DNA of 64,000 nt from Raillietiella orientalis. Taxonomy: Eukaryota. The stretch spans positions 1,302,001 through 1,366,000 of the forward strand of contig JAYWIR010000025.1 in NCBI GenBank assembly GCA_036172245.1, written 5' to 3'. Positions 14,681 to 27,700 of this stretch are shown here, piece after piece; within the stretch, counting starts at the first letter, position 1, and each line of letters starts with the position of its first letter. The position numbers were made by a program, and so were the translations under genes. Below the pieces are notes generated by a model. That model ran no database searches and was not told the DNA's origin. It was given only the letters and a program-made list of their open reading frames with translations.

Positions 14681-15732
14681 TCAAACCAGAAATCCTTCTG
14701 ATATCTGAGCCCTCATAGTCTGTACACTGTTCATCACTTTCTTCTGGTGACCCACGAGGGTGATCCCAATACCTTGCAGATCTTGCACACTCAGTCGGGA
14801 TACGGCTTCCAGGGAAGCGATCCCCGCACGCTCGAAATTTTTTAAATATCGCGTCATGTTGATGGACGCGAGCCATTCCTCCACGGAGGACAGCTGAGTC
14901 ATATTGGGGGAGTCCGAGGAGAGGGGATTATGGCTCCTGCTTTGTGTTACTTTGCGGAGAGTTTCATTGCACTGCAGCAATCTGTCAAGGGTTTTAACGA
15001 TGCTGGCGAACGTTGGCCTGTGCGTTCGCTCTTTCTGCCAGCAGTCCAGCATGAGCTGGTGGATGGCTTCGGGACAGTCCATAGGAGGGGGGAGACGGTA
15101 ACCTTTCTCGATGCTTTTGATCACATCCTGGTTGGACCAGTTCCAATATGGCCGCTCGCCGTAGGAGATCACCTCCCAAGACACGATGCCGAAGCTCCAC
15201 ACATCACTGGCTGAGGTGAATTTGCGGAAGGCGATCGCTTCGGGAGCGGTCCATCGAACGGGAATCTTTCCTCCCCGGGTGGTATATGCCCCTTCCGTCG
15301 TGCTTTCGACCTCTCGGCTCAGGCCGAAGTCGGCGATCTTGCAAGTCAGCTGAGCGTTTACGAGAACGTTCCGAGCGGCCAGATCACGGTGCACGTAGCT
15401 CATCTCGGAGAGATACTGCATGCCCGAGGCGATGCCGCGCATCATGCCGACGAGCTGGACAATCTGGAACTTTCCGTCGTTAGCTCGAAGAAAGGTATCC
15501 AGGGATCCGTTCTCCATGAACTCCGTTATGATCATGGAAGGGCTGGACTTGGTGACCACTCCCTCGAGGAAAATCACGTTGGGATGCGTGAACTGACCCA
15601 TAATTGAGGCCTCTGTGAGAAAATCAATTTTCGCCTTTTCCACCGCTCCCGGCTTCAACGTCTTGATGGCGACGGTGATTTCCGATTTTCCGGTGTACTG
15701 CAGCTTCCCACGGCAGACGTCTCCGAATTCGC
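14681..15732 (-). CDS. Eph: Eph last coding exon: tyrosine kinase, SAM and PDZ-binding tail
   Basis: Acceptor cccatag|GC, then 1052 nt open to TGA. Contains [21 protein letters not shown] and the SAM domain. Confidence 0.98.
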
Positions 15733-18700
15733 CTATGGGCACAAAAAACAAAAAAGGTGCGGTAAACACGTCTCGGCGACGGACGAAAACAAACCTCCTC
15801 CTATTATGGCTTCGATGGTGATAAACGAAGCGTCGATTTCCCTGGCGAACTCACGCACAGCTTGGTTGGGGTCCTCGTAGGTGTGAGGGTCTATGTACGA
15901 CCTCCGTAGTCCGATAGTCGGAAAGCTGGGGGATACTGGAAGCCGACAACGAATTAGCGTTCCTCCCTGTTGGGATTCGCGGCGGGACCTACTCGTTGTC
16001 TGCAGGCGCGCTGGGACCACGTTCGCCGGCTCTACGCTGCACGGCACTGGAATAACAAGAGAGCACCCAGTTACGAACACAGGCAAAAAACAGCGAGGAG
16101 GCAGAGGCGATCGTCAGCCTGCGCCCAGCCAGTGGTCAGCCGACCACACCGCATGGCTGCGGACGGCACGAGTCGCTTCATCTCTCTCTTCCTCACACTT
16201 ACACAAACACATACACACACACACGCGCTCCTCCCTTCCCAGCTCGGAGCGGAAAACAAACACTTCGCCTTGCACGGATTCCAGCTCGAACAAACTGAAG
16301 GCGCGCGCGCGCACGCCTCCATTCCGTGTTCGTGCACATGGATCGTTTATCCAGTCTAGGCATGCCGCGTGCAAAAAGTCCCCCTCCCCCCAAAAGATCA
16401 AAGAAGAAGTGGGAAAAGAGAAGACTTGCCGTGCGCACCAAAGCTTTTTTCCGCGAAACCGGAAAGCCCGCACGCAGTCCGCGGAATCAATTTCGACTAC
16501 ATCGGCGCCGCCGCGTACCCGAACGGAACACACACACACATACGCACACAAAAGAAGCAATCTCGAGGAAAGACGGGAAGCTCGGGTACGCAGAGCGTAC
16601 GACCGGATGGCACGGACGCGTCGTTTCCAGCCGCCGAGACGACCGGCCCGCTCTCAAGAACGTCCGGCGCTGTGGGCACGGCTGCAGCAGCAGCTGCCTG
16701 CGGGCCGACCGCGGAAAAGCGAATCTCCCCCCCCCCCCCCGACCTTTCTCCTATTCCCTGTCTTCTGAGCGAGCAGCCAGCCCCGGTCAGGATGGGTCAA
16801 AAAAAAGAAAACCTTAGCACGGCAGGACGCGCGCACAAAAGGACCGTTCACTCTTCCCGCCGAGAGAAAAGTGTGTGTTCTCCGTGCAAGCGCGTCCTCC
16901 CTTCCTTCGGTAAAGGGAACGGGGAGGAAGGAACCGCAATGAATCAACCAGCATTTAGCGAAACAGGGACACATTTGTTATACGCCTGCAACTTACTGTA
17001 CGTAAGTATGAGTCCTGTGAAGCATCCGAGTGGAGAGGATGAAGCAGAGTTAGTTAAACTGTATAATCCCGTTGAGGATTTCAACATACCTTCTGCATTT
17101 CGGTACTCCAGCGTGTCGCAATCGCTTGGTTGCTTCTTGTTGCACTCATCGCTGCCCCTGCAATATAAATGGTGCTGGGTAAGCACAGAAGAAAGAAGGC
17201 CGTCTCCAGCAGACCGTCTTAGAAAGAGGAAGATCATGACCAAAATAACTGATAGCAGCACGATGGCCGCAACCGTGGCTCCAGCTATGATGCGGACTTG
17301 GACGCTTTCGTCGTCACCTACAAAAGCTGCATTGTACTTTCGCTATGGGTTCTTCGATAACTCATGGTTACTTAAGAGCTGGCCGGTGGTCCGGTAAACC
17401 GGCGTGCTGTACTCGCCCCAGCCGTTGGTCGTCTTCGCCCGGACTTGGAACCCGTACTCTGTCTGCTGCTGCAGAGACACTACTTCGAGCTCCTCCCGCC
17501 TCGTGGAGATGGTGCTGGCGTTCTCCTCGACCCCGCGGATGAAGTAGCGGACTTCGTAGGCTTCGACGTCGTAGAAGGAATCCAGGGGCGCTGACCAAGC
17601 CAGAGTGATCTCGGACGCCTTGACGTCGAAGACCCGAACGTTGGACACGACCGACGACACTGAGCTGGGCTGTGAAAGGGCTGCCTCGCGGAGTGCGAGC
17701 TCGCCTACCTGCCGCTTCCGTGGTTGCCGTGATCTCGGAGTAGGGCCGCTCTCCCGACTGCTCCGACACGCCGTTCTCCGCGAAGACTTGAAAGCGGTAG
17801 GTGGTGACCGGGCTCAGATTGCTAATCGTGATCCTGGTGTCGGTGATCCGCTCCTTAGGAGAGAAGAGGAGAGGGCAAGCGATTCTCCGAGAGAAAACCT
17901 CCCCACGACCTTACATAGATTTCTTGGGCTCCCGAGAAACCGCCGGCAGCGGCGCACGCCTCGCACCGGACGCGATAAGAGATGTCGGTCCTTCCTCCGA
18001 GATAGGCAGGGGGGCTCCACGTCAGAACGACGTTCGACTGGTCGACGAAGTTCACCGTGAGATTCAAGGGAATGGTCGGCGGCTCTGCGAGAAAGTCACG
18101 GCATCGACGGTGAGCCGCGAGGAGGCGAGGAGGGCTTACGGGTGCACTCCGCGATCTTGAGGTCCGTGCTGGCTCTGTACCACCCGACGTCGCAGCGGCA
18201 CACGGAGAGTCCCGGATGCGGAGCGGTGCTGTGCTTGGGGCAGGATTCGCACAGGATGTTGCTGTCTTCCGGCTTGTACTTGCCAGGAGGGCAGACTGGG
18301 GGCAGAAAAAAGAAGAGGCTGCTGAGCCGGAAGCAGAGGAAGCGTTCCGTGGCGAGCGAGGCGCTTCCGCAGGTCGGCGGCGCATCCTCAAGAATTCGCG
18401 GCGGAATTCTTTCGCGCGATGGTCTGCTTTTTGTCTTTTTCTTTTCGACCCCTGCTTTGGGCAGAGAGCACGCAATCTCTCCCCCTCACCCTCTCTTCGG
18501 GAAGAGGCGAACATACTGTAAAATCTTCCATCTCGGAACCTCTTCCGGTCGGGTTACAGGAAATTGGGCGCACCGCAGAGTGCCCTCCAGAACACAATTG
18601 GTTCGTGAAGCGTTTTTTTGTTCTTTTTTTTCTTGTTGTTGCCGCTGTCGTTTTCTTCATTGAGGTATTGACGTTTTTCAAAAAGAAGGAGACAACGGGT

Positions 18701-21700
18701 TGCGGGAGAAAAGAAGGGGTGTTCCCGGAGGGCAGATCTCGATGCCTGGGCATCGGAAGGAGCAACTGCGAACCCAAGAGGACAAAGAGTCCGCGCGCGC
18801 GCGTGTCCATCGCGGGGCGGGAGCGGACTTCACCTTCCAGTTCCGCCGAGGAGGAGGAGGAGGAGGGAAAGGTAAAAGTTGCGCCGGAGTTGCTCCGGGC
18901 GACGGGGAGTACGAAATCCGGCAGCGGTCGCGGCAGCAGCCGAGCGCGTACACCTGCGCCGGTCCACTCGGATGCAACGCGGGCGTGCGTACGCTCCCCG
19001 TCAGGTCGCGCGCACCTGCACCACCTGGGTGGGTGTGGAACGGCGCGCTGCAGAGAGCCAGCCGTGTTCGCTGCTCCTCCGGGAGGGGGAAGAGGAGCGA
19101 GGGGGGGGAGAAAAGGGCGTCACCGGCGTTCGGCGACGGCTGACACGAGAGAGGCGGCGCGCTGGCTTTCCTGGAGGGTCAGAATGCCCGCCCTCCTCTC
19201 TGGATCGAGCAAGGCAGGATCGCGGGAAGCGATTTCCGGGATCACCCAAAGTGCGCAGGGAGCGATGCGTCTCCTCCTCCTCTTCCTTCTTTCGAGCTAC
19301 CGAAATAGCAAACAAGAAGAGGAGAGATGCGTCCGCAGTAATCTCCCGGGGGAAGTTCGGGCGCAGGTTCCCGGCTCCTTTGTGAAGATTCTTTGCCCAC
19401 GACTCCTCAAAAGAGCGGGGCGCGTCGTCGGGCGAAGGGGGAGGACTCCCTCCCGAAAAGGTCGAAGAGCCAAACAACGACACACACACAAAAAAAAAAG
19501 GAGGGGGGAGGAAGAGAGACGCCGTTCCGTGAAGAGCTGCTAATAAGGAGGGCGGGTTGGTTGGGGAAGAGGGGAGGGGGCGAAGGATTACCCGCGCCTG
19601 CATGCTGCTGCTGCGCATGCGCTCGAGCAGTCGAGCAGTGCGGCGTAACAAACGGGGAGCGCAGGGGCGACGACGACGGTAGCCATCCGACGAGGAAAAC
19701 CTCCGAGGAGTGCTTTGTGTTACTTTGCGAAGAGTTTCATTGCACTGCAGCAATCTGTCAAGGGTTTTCGCCACGCGGGCAGAGGGGAGGAAAGGAGAAC
19801 GAGTGGGCGAAGCCACTGCTTGAGCCGCCGCAGGTTCCAGCGCGGCGAGAACTTTCGCGGCGGGGTGAGAAGACGCGCGCGCGCAAGACGCACGCACCGG
19901 AGCAGACCTCGGAACCACCGGGCGCAACAACGATGCATCTCCCCTCCTCCTTCCACACTTTTTCGGTTTCGAAGGGGAACGCAAGGGGGAAGGTCGCTTT
20001 GTGCCTCGCCGCGTCGCTGCCGGAAAGACCCGGGGGTGGTTGCGAGCGCGATAGCGGCTCCCGCCGCGCGTTCTCACTTTCCCTCGGGCCGGCCAGCTGG
20101 TCCCTTGGGTCGAGGAAGCGGGCGGGTCGGCGCGCGATGACCACCCGACCCGGGGCGAGGTCGCCACTCCCTCCGTCTCGAAACACTCACTCCAATGAGC
20201 GCGATCCGACTCGGAGTTTTTTTTTTTTTTTTTAAAAAAAAAAAAGGGACACAGCTCCGTGCGTCCGCCCCGCCGGGCCCGCCCGCCGCCGCCGCCGAAG
20301 AGCTCGGACGGGATGGCCAACAAAGAAGAATCGCCGCGTCCCTGACCGGTCTCCCCCCTCGCGCTCCAAATCCACACCGGCGCCGTTAACTTTCCTTTTA
20401 ACGGTCCATTTTCTGATTGGCGAGAGAAAAGCGGGGCGACTCGAGCGACCCGGCTCGCGGCCCGCTCCGTCCTTCTATCCGTCCGAACCCTTCCTTCTAT
20501 TTTCGCCGCTTGGAGACCTCCCGTTTGTCCGGTGCGCTTGCGCGGGTGCGCTTTTTCTTCCTTCCTCTCCTCCGACTCCTCCCTTCTGCTTATCGCATGG
20601 ATGCGTGCGGGTGTCCAGCCAGCCCCCCGGGGGTTCGATGCACTTTCTCCCGCGTCGGAGGCTTTGTGATTAAGGCTTCCGCGCGTGGCACCATGCGTCG
20701 CGGGTTCGAATACTCCGGAAGAAACTGAGCCACTGCGTCGTTGGGTTCCGAGTTTCTCCTGCAAGATGGCGCTGGTGGGCCGAAACATTCGGGCGTGGCA
20801 CCGGTGGTCGTTTAAGCCGGGAGGCCCATGATGAAGGCCGGAACAATGGGAGTCGACTTCGGGTCCTTCCACGAATAAAGGAGTGGGGAGTTCGCCCTCC
20901 TGTCGTACAACAGACCCCTCACACCGGGGGGGCCCTCTGGTTTCAAGATGGAGCAGGAGCCCTCACGGGCACCTCTCCAGCTGTTTGAAGGAGAGGAACC
21001 CCTGTTGCAGGGGGGGGACCCTCCTAGTCGTCGCCTCTTCACCGAGTGCAAGGAAGCAAGCGAGAGCGATTCCCTGAGGGAAGCTGCAGCGCCCCTCCTG
21101 AATTTTGGAAGCGTCCCTCCGGAGAAGAAATCCTAATAGCAGATCCTTTCCGAGAGAAGTTGAAATGGAGAGGACCCCTCCTTTCCAGGGAGTCCTCCGG
21201 AGAGAATGAGGAAGGAGGTCCTTCGGGGTTCCCTTTCAGAGACAACCAGGGAAGGAGGTGCGATTCCCCTCGGATGGAGGGGAATCCTTCCCGAAGCGTG
21301 AGAGGAACGGACTCTGAGCCCTTCCTGGATTCATAGGGCGGACCCCTCCAACCCGCGGTGCCCCCTATCCTGAAGAATTTACACGCCCCCCCCTTGCGGG
21401 CTGCCGCAGGTGGGGTGGCGTGTAGACAAAACAGTGTGTTTAAAAGGGCCACATTCGCCACGAGGCACGCGACCAGCTCTTGAGGCGCACTTAGCGAACC
21501 AAAAAAAAAAGAAAACTGCGAAGACAGAAGAAAAAGAACCCAAGGATTTTCCATCATTTTCCATCACCGGGAACGAAAACGAAAAGAGACGGCCTCGCCC
21601 TTCCCGCTTCCGCCCTGCGGCCCTTCGCGGGTCGCGCGCGCGCGTGCTGGCCGCCGTCTCGCAGCCTCTCTGCCACTCACCCTTCGACCTCCCGTGGGCG

Positions 21701-24700
21701 CAGTGGCAGCGAAGAGGCGAATCCGAAGGCGTTAGCGGGGCGCCGCCGTTTTCTGCTGAGCGGAGATCGCACGCTGGAGGCGCCACGACGACGACGCCCG
21801 AATGGGGTGAGGGGTGGGGGCAACGCCCCCTCCCTTCCAGAACGGCGGCATCGAGAGCACCGCGCGCGCTTCACCTTTCCCTTCTCCCGGGAGGAAGGTC
21901 GAACGAGAACAGGAAAAGCGAAGGTGCGAATGGGGGTAGAGAGGGCGTGTGGGCGATTACCCCACCGCAGGTCCCCCACCGCCGGAGGCTCGCGCGCGCT
22001 CTTCTGCCGGCTGACTGTGGCATCCGCGACGGAGAGGGAAGCTTAGAGAAGCCTCAAGAAGGGGACTGCGAGGGGCAGGAATTTCTGTCGCTGAGGCGGG
22101 GGCGTACCCGGAGGGACAGGGTCGAGCGTCGCCGCCGCCGCCCCACCCACAGGGGACAAGACGTTCGTCGCTGCCCATCCCGACCTCGGACGCCGCGCGC
22201 GTCCGGGACCTCGGGGAGGTCACCATCCCGGAAAGGGAAGGCATCTGCCCGTTCTCCCGCGCGCCTTCTGAAGGGACCACGCGCTGAAGCGCGCCCTTGT
22301 GCTCTTGGCAAAGAGCTGCTTTCCTCCGCAATTTCTCTGGACGGGGGGAAGATATGTAGCGGTCATCCTTCCCTCGAGGCATGCAACGGAAACAAGGCAA
22401 GTAAAGGGGGGAGGGGAGGAGGATGTGATCGTCTCATGAGCGAGCATGAGTGTGGTGCGCTGCCCCCCCCCCGCCGCAAGACTCCTAATATTGTATGGCG
22501 GGGCCATTTTTGTAGCCTCGCGTGCTAAAAATAAAAGCCGTGAGCCTCCGCCGAAGTTCGGCCACGCGACGCGTGGGGTTCCCACTGGTGCGGAGCAGAC
22601 CAACGCGGAGGGGGCGGGGAGAGCCTGCTTACCTGTGCATGTCTGGTTCAGCAGGTTGGACTCGTATCCCTTGCGGCAGTGGCAGCCTCCACTCAGCAGG
22701 TACCATCGACCGTCTCCCTTGCAGAGGTACTTGGGGGTGTCGTAGGGCACGGCGTTGGGGACGCACTGCCCCAGGGTCTGCTCGATGGAGGTCACCTCGC
22801 TCCCCGTGGGGACTGCGCGGAACACGGCAAAGTTCTCGGTGATCTCCGGGCACGTGAGGAAGTACACCCGAATGGCGAGCAGGGAGAGGCAGGCGCCCTG
22901 GTCCCGGAAAGCGAAGTACACCCCTTTCTTGGTAACCGGGATGCTGCGTGTCTCCTTGTTGATGATGACCTCCTCCGTGGACGTGAAGCGACCCTCATCG
23001 GCCGCGATGCGGTCGATGAGCTTGTAGCTGTCTGGTTCCCAGGGAGGTGGCTCGCGTGTGGCAACGTCGAACTCGTAGTAGAGGAGGCTGAAGGTCTCCT
23101 TGCAGGACAGCGCCGTCCCGGGAAACAGATTGCAGTCCCGCATGGAGAACTTGACCTCGATGTAGATCCGGTTCGCATGACCCCTCTCGATGAACGGGGT
23201 CCACAGCCAGTTGTTGACGTTCGGGTACGACACGTCGCACACCACGTACGACCTCCAGTTGATGCCCTTGTCGAAGACGGTGAAGCTCTCCTCTACCCAC
23301 TGGAATGGACGAGATGGTGAGGGGCTGCAGGCGAATCCGTTCGGCTCGACTGAGGGGCGGCGCCGACCTCGCGCCTGCGCGCGCGCGCGAGCGCCACGGT
23401 GATCCGACCGGCAGGCAGGTGTTCCTTTTTCAGCGCACCCGGTGGTTCCGGGCGGCCATGGGCGCGCGCGCGCACCGGGTTCGCCTCCCCTCCGTGACAC
23501 GGCGGAGGGGCATGAGCGCGTGAGGGGAGGACGAATGCGAAGGGCAGGTGCAAGCGCGCGTCTGGAGCCGGGAAGGAAGGAAGCCCGCGGCAAGCTGGAA
23601 AAATTCGTCCCGGGGCAAATGCTGAGACACAAGGAGAACGGAAGCCGCCGTGGCCGCTGCTGCTGATGATGATGCCCCGCTGCCCTGGTTCGTCGCTCCG
23701 GCTTTGTGGCGGCCGCGGCCTTCAGGAGCTCCGTTTCGTTTCGGGTTTCAAGGGCGACGTCCTGAAGCGGACGGGAGGCCACGAGGAACTCGTCGCGGCG
23801 CGAGCGGTGCCGCAGGGACCCCTCCCGGCGGAGACGACGACCGATAACTCCATTCCGTCGCCCCCTTTGCCTGTGGGTGCATCCACGGCGTAAGGGAGGA
23901 AGACCGGCGCCAGGCAGCCCCTGCTCGTTTCCGAGCCCGCGGGCGTCCTCTTGCGGCGCGGCTTTCTCCTTTCTTTTCGGCCCCTAAGGGTTGTGCCTTT
24001 CCTTAAACGGGCACCACGCGATGCTGATGCTGCTCTGAGTTTCCAGAGGCGAGCGATCGCCTGGGGGCAAACGTTTTTCCCTCAATGAGAGAGTAGCCGG
24101 TCCGTGAGCGCCGTCAACCACCATCGCGAAGCGAATGCCCGACTTTTCGGAAGGCAAGGCGACCCGAGCGGACGTGGGCCGCGCAGCAGCCACATCCAGG
24201 CTCCCCCGCCCCCTCCCTTCCCCAATTTTTTCCCCGAATTTCACCGTCTGCGCGCCAAACCGTAAATCACGGGGACGCGGCACCTCCCGTTGGCTGCGAC
24301 TTCCCTCGGCGCGAATCCGGCGGGGAGGACGGGAACAAATCGCGCCGCTGAAACCACGGCTGGTAATGAACGCTGCGCGGTGGCGAGGCGGGAGCGCCCT
24401 TGCGGGTCCCAGAGGCCGACCGCTGCCGGCCTGAAGAGGACTGGAAGCCTCCCTCCCCCCCCTCGCTCGCTCGCGCGAAGGCAGAGCTCCCGTTTCGCGC
24501 ATAGCAGATTCCCTGTGGTTGTAAATCTTCCGCTGCTGATGCCTCTTTCCGTTCTCGCGATGGGCAAAAATAAGGCGCCCTGACGTCCAGTTGGAATTTT
24601 CCAGGGGAGGGAAAAAAAAAACAGAGGAGCAGGGGGAGGGAAGAACACCCGGTGAAACTTCTCAGCGCAAACGATTGCTATGACACCTGCCCACAACGCG

Positions 24701-27700
24701 TGCGCAAAAAGTCTCCGGAGGATGACGTACGCGACGCGATCCCGCGTTACCTACGCTACGAGGCGAGGAAAAGGACGCGCCTGCCGAACCAAAAAAACAA
24801 ACAAAAAAAAGGACCAAGTGGGACACATGGGCTTTCGGAAGAGATCCAAGCAGGCGCACGGGCCCACCTATTGAGGGTTTCCGATGTTGCGTGGAGAGGT
24901 CGCTCTTTCGAGGGAGCGATGCCAGTGACGACTCCCCCCCACACCAGCGTAACCAAAACAACACATGAAAAATAAGTAGGTAAATGAATGAAAAAATGAA
25001 GCCCACGATCGGACGTCTCAGGGTCCAAGACAAGAGGTGGCAGCCCTCTCCCGCGCAGAAAACTCTTCTCTCTGCCGGTGATGGCGGGCTTCCGAGCAAA
25101 GGGGTGAAATCCTTTCCACCTCCCCCGCCTCCCCCACACGACCCAAAGAGAGTGTGGGTCCTTCCCGTCGCGTTCGACCATCATCTGAAGAGGAGCAGCA
25201 GCAGTGCGCGTGGAAGCTGCCGCCCGGACGCGCGCGTTCTGCTGTCAATCAAACCTCGAGTTAGGATGGCATCTTCCGGACTCTTACTCTGTGCGGAAGA
25301 GCAGGAGGTACGAGGGGGGGGGGAGAGAGAGAAATTTGCATTTCTCGAGTGCCTCGCGAAAGCCGAAAAGCCGCAACGGCGCGCAGATTTAGCGTTTGTC
25401 CCATCCGTGCCGTAATCATGATGAATGGACCACCGAAAACGGTCAACCCGCGCGCTGCTGCCGCTTTTAGAGAAACAAACAATTCCTCTCGGATGCCACG
25501 ATGGCTCGGAGCGAATTTTCCCGTAATTTCTCCAGCTGCGAGAGGAGAGGAGAGAGGGAGGAGGGGGGGATCATGGAAACAATACAAACACAGCGTGATG
25601 AGTTACGCGAGACGACCGGGAGAGCTCATCAGACACGCTTGGGTACCGCAGCCTTCCTTGCACAAAAGGAACGTCGCGAAGGGCATATTTCAATATCGCA
25701 TCTCGGGATGGAAATACGAGAGGGTCACGTGGGGGGGGGGAGGAAACACTTCCGCGGCGCTGCCGCTCCACAACCAGGCGGCTCTGCGCGGCACTGCCGT
25801 GCCGCACGCTGGGAGTCCCCGCTGGGGCACAATGGACGCTCGACACGCACCCTCGAAGAAAGGTGAAGCGGGAAGACAAAGGAGGCAGAAAAGACGAGAG
25901 TCTTCTGCATCTGGTTCTGTGGAGGGGGGAGACGAGAGAATCCCGGCTTTTCCTTCCTCCGTCCTGGAAGGGCCGCGCCACCACCGAAGCCGCGGAAACG
26001 TGCGTGCGCGCGGCGGGTGACCGAACGAGAACGCTTCACGACCCCCACGTCACGCAATGGCGCGACCAGGAACGCGAGGGCAGAGAGAGAGGGGAGAGAG
26101 GGACGCTCTCCACCTTCGCTTCGCGAATCGGTCCAGAAAAAAATCGCCTCCGATTTTCGTCTCGCGGAGGGCGTTAATTGGAAAGCCCGCCGATCCCGTG
26201 ACCTCGCGCGACGTCGCACGAAAAAGGCATCCCTAATTTATTCATCCCACGTTAATGGGGCTTCGGATGTCCACTGCCTTCCTGCCTCTCTCCTGTGTTT
26301 CCGAACGTTTAATTGATTCATTTCGTAAACCGACGTGCCATCGACCTTTCTCTGCACGCGCTTTGCGAGCGCCCGCAACAAACGCTATCTCGCGCAGCAT
26401 CTGCAAACGCTCAGGCCTCAAGGAGGGAGGGGAAAAAAAAATTCTCTCTCTCTCCTTTTCTCTCCTTCCCCCCCCACCTCACGCTTAATCACGGGCACAT
26501 GTACGCACGTCGCATCGGATCGACAGGAACTTTCGTCGTAAACAGGCCACGAGCAGGGCGCGACGCACCGAACTTCGAGCACGGGGACCCCGCTGCAGGA
26601 ACCACCACACTCGGCGGCGGAGGGTGAGAACGAGAGGAGGAGGAGGAGGAAACGAAGGGAGAAGAAAAAAAAAAAAATACTTGCGCATGGGCTAAACAAG
26701 TGCCGACCCGAAATGATCTTCAGACTCGCTCTTTCTGCTGCCGGTCGCTGCGAGTAGAGGACGCGACGGACGACTCGGACGCATCGCCGCTGCCGCCGCC
26801 ACCAGCGTGTTTGGTGCGCCTCCTCATCCTCATGCGGCACGCGGCCGGCCGCTCGCACTGGAGGGGGGAGTCGCTCCGTTTCAGGGGATGGGAGATGAGA
26901 AAGAAAGGAACGAGCAAAAGAGGACGGTCGTTCGCGGACCGAGAATTTTTGTGTGTTTTTCCGTTCCCCTCGCAGAGAGCGCTGTAGGAGACGCTGGTAG
27001 GTGCGGGCAGAAGGATAAAGGGACCGGTGGTCCCCGGCGCCTCGACGAATCCGTTCTGGGAACCCGGGGGACGTTGTGGGTCGCAGTCTCCCGGCAACTT
27101 CCCTGCGCAGGCGCTTGCTCCTGGCCGCTTAGCTTCTGTGAGGAGGGAGGAGGGGGAGAAATCGGGATGCAACGGGGCACGGGAATAGGGAATTTGAAGG
27201 GGAGAGGAACCGCGCGAAACCCGAAGGGGCATCTGTTGCTGCCAGACGACCGCAAAACGGAGGAAAGGGGGAGGAAGCAGACTGACGCGCTTGCGTGCTG
27301 GGGAGCAGCCCTAACTGAAATCAAGATAAGAATCGAGGGAAAGAAGCGACACGGGAAGAATTTTTCATCGGCCCCACTCTTTCGGGAAGGAGGCCTCGGA
27401 CACCCACGGCGATCTCCCCGGCGCAAACGCCGCGGGAGCCACGCAGACCCAAAAGGAAGCGCCTGAGGACGGACGACGGCGAAGGTTGGCGCATGGTCGC
27501 ACGCGCACCTCTTCGTCTCGTCCGGCTATACCACGTTCAGGGACACTCGACGCGCGCGCCAACAGGGGACACTGGAGGCAGGAAGGATCCATCTTCCACG
27601 GCGCAGGCGCGGTGGGAAAGGCGTCGCGCCCCCTACGGAGAAACCGCCCTGCCTCGAGCGCGTGCCGACGGAACTGCAAGGGGAGAGCAGGACGACCACT

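Noticed and set aside
14681..15769. Stand-alone 362-aa kinase gene starting MFTAPF
   Set aside because: The first 12 residues are intron (pyrimidine tract ending in TAG at 15733); the frame is the last Eph exon.
18511..18600. Donor-like ACA|GTATGT in intron 3 suggesting an extra exon
   Set aside because: No upstream pyrimidine tract or acceptor, and no Eph-like peptide.
19001..20872. 623-aa minus-strand ORF containing a 19-aa Eph kinase peptide
   Set aside because: Low-complexity R/P/S/G sequence typical of GC-rich non-coding DNA. The Eph peptide comes from the 58-bp insert and lacks splice sites.
14904..23402. Plus-strand ORFs overlapping Eph exons (e.g. 15893-16768, 16369-17397, 18419-19543, 22679-23320)
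   Set aside because: Antisense shadows or GC-driven open frames with no recognisable domain.
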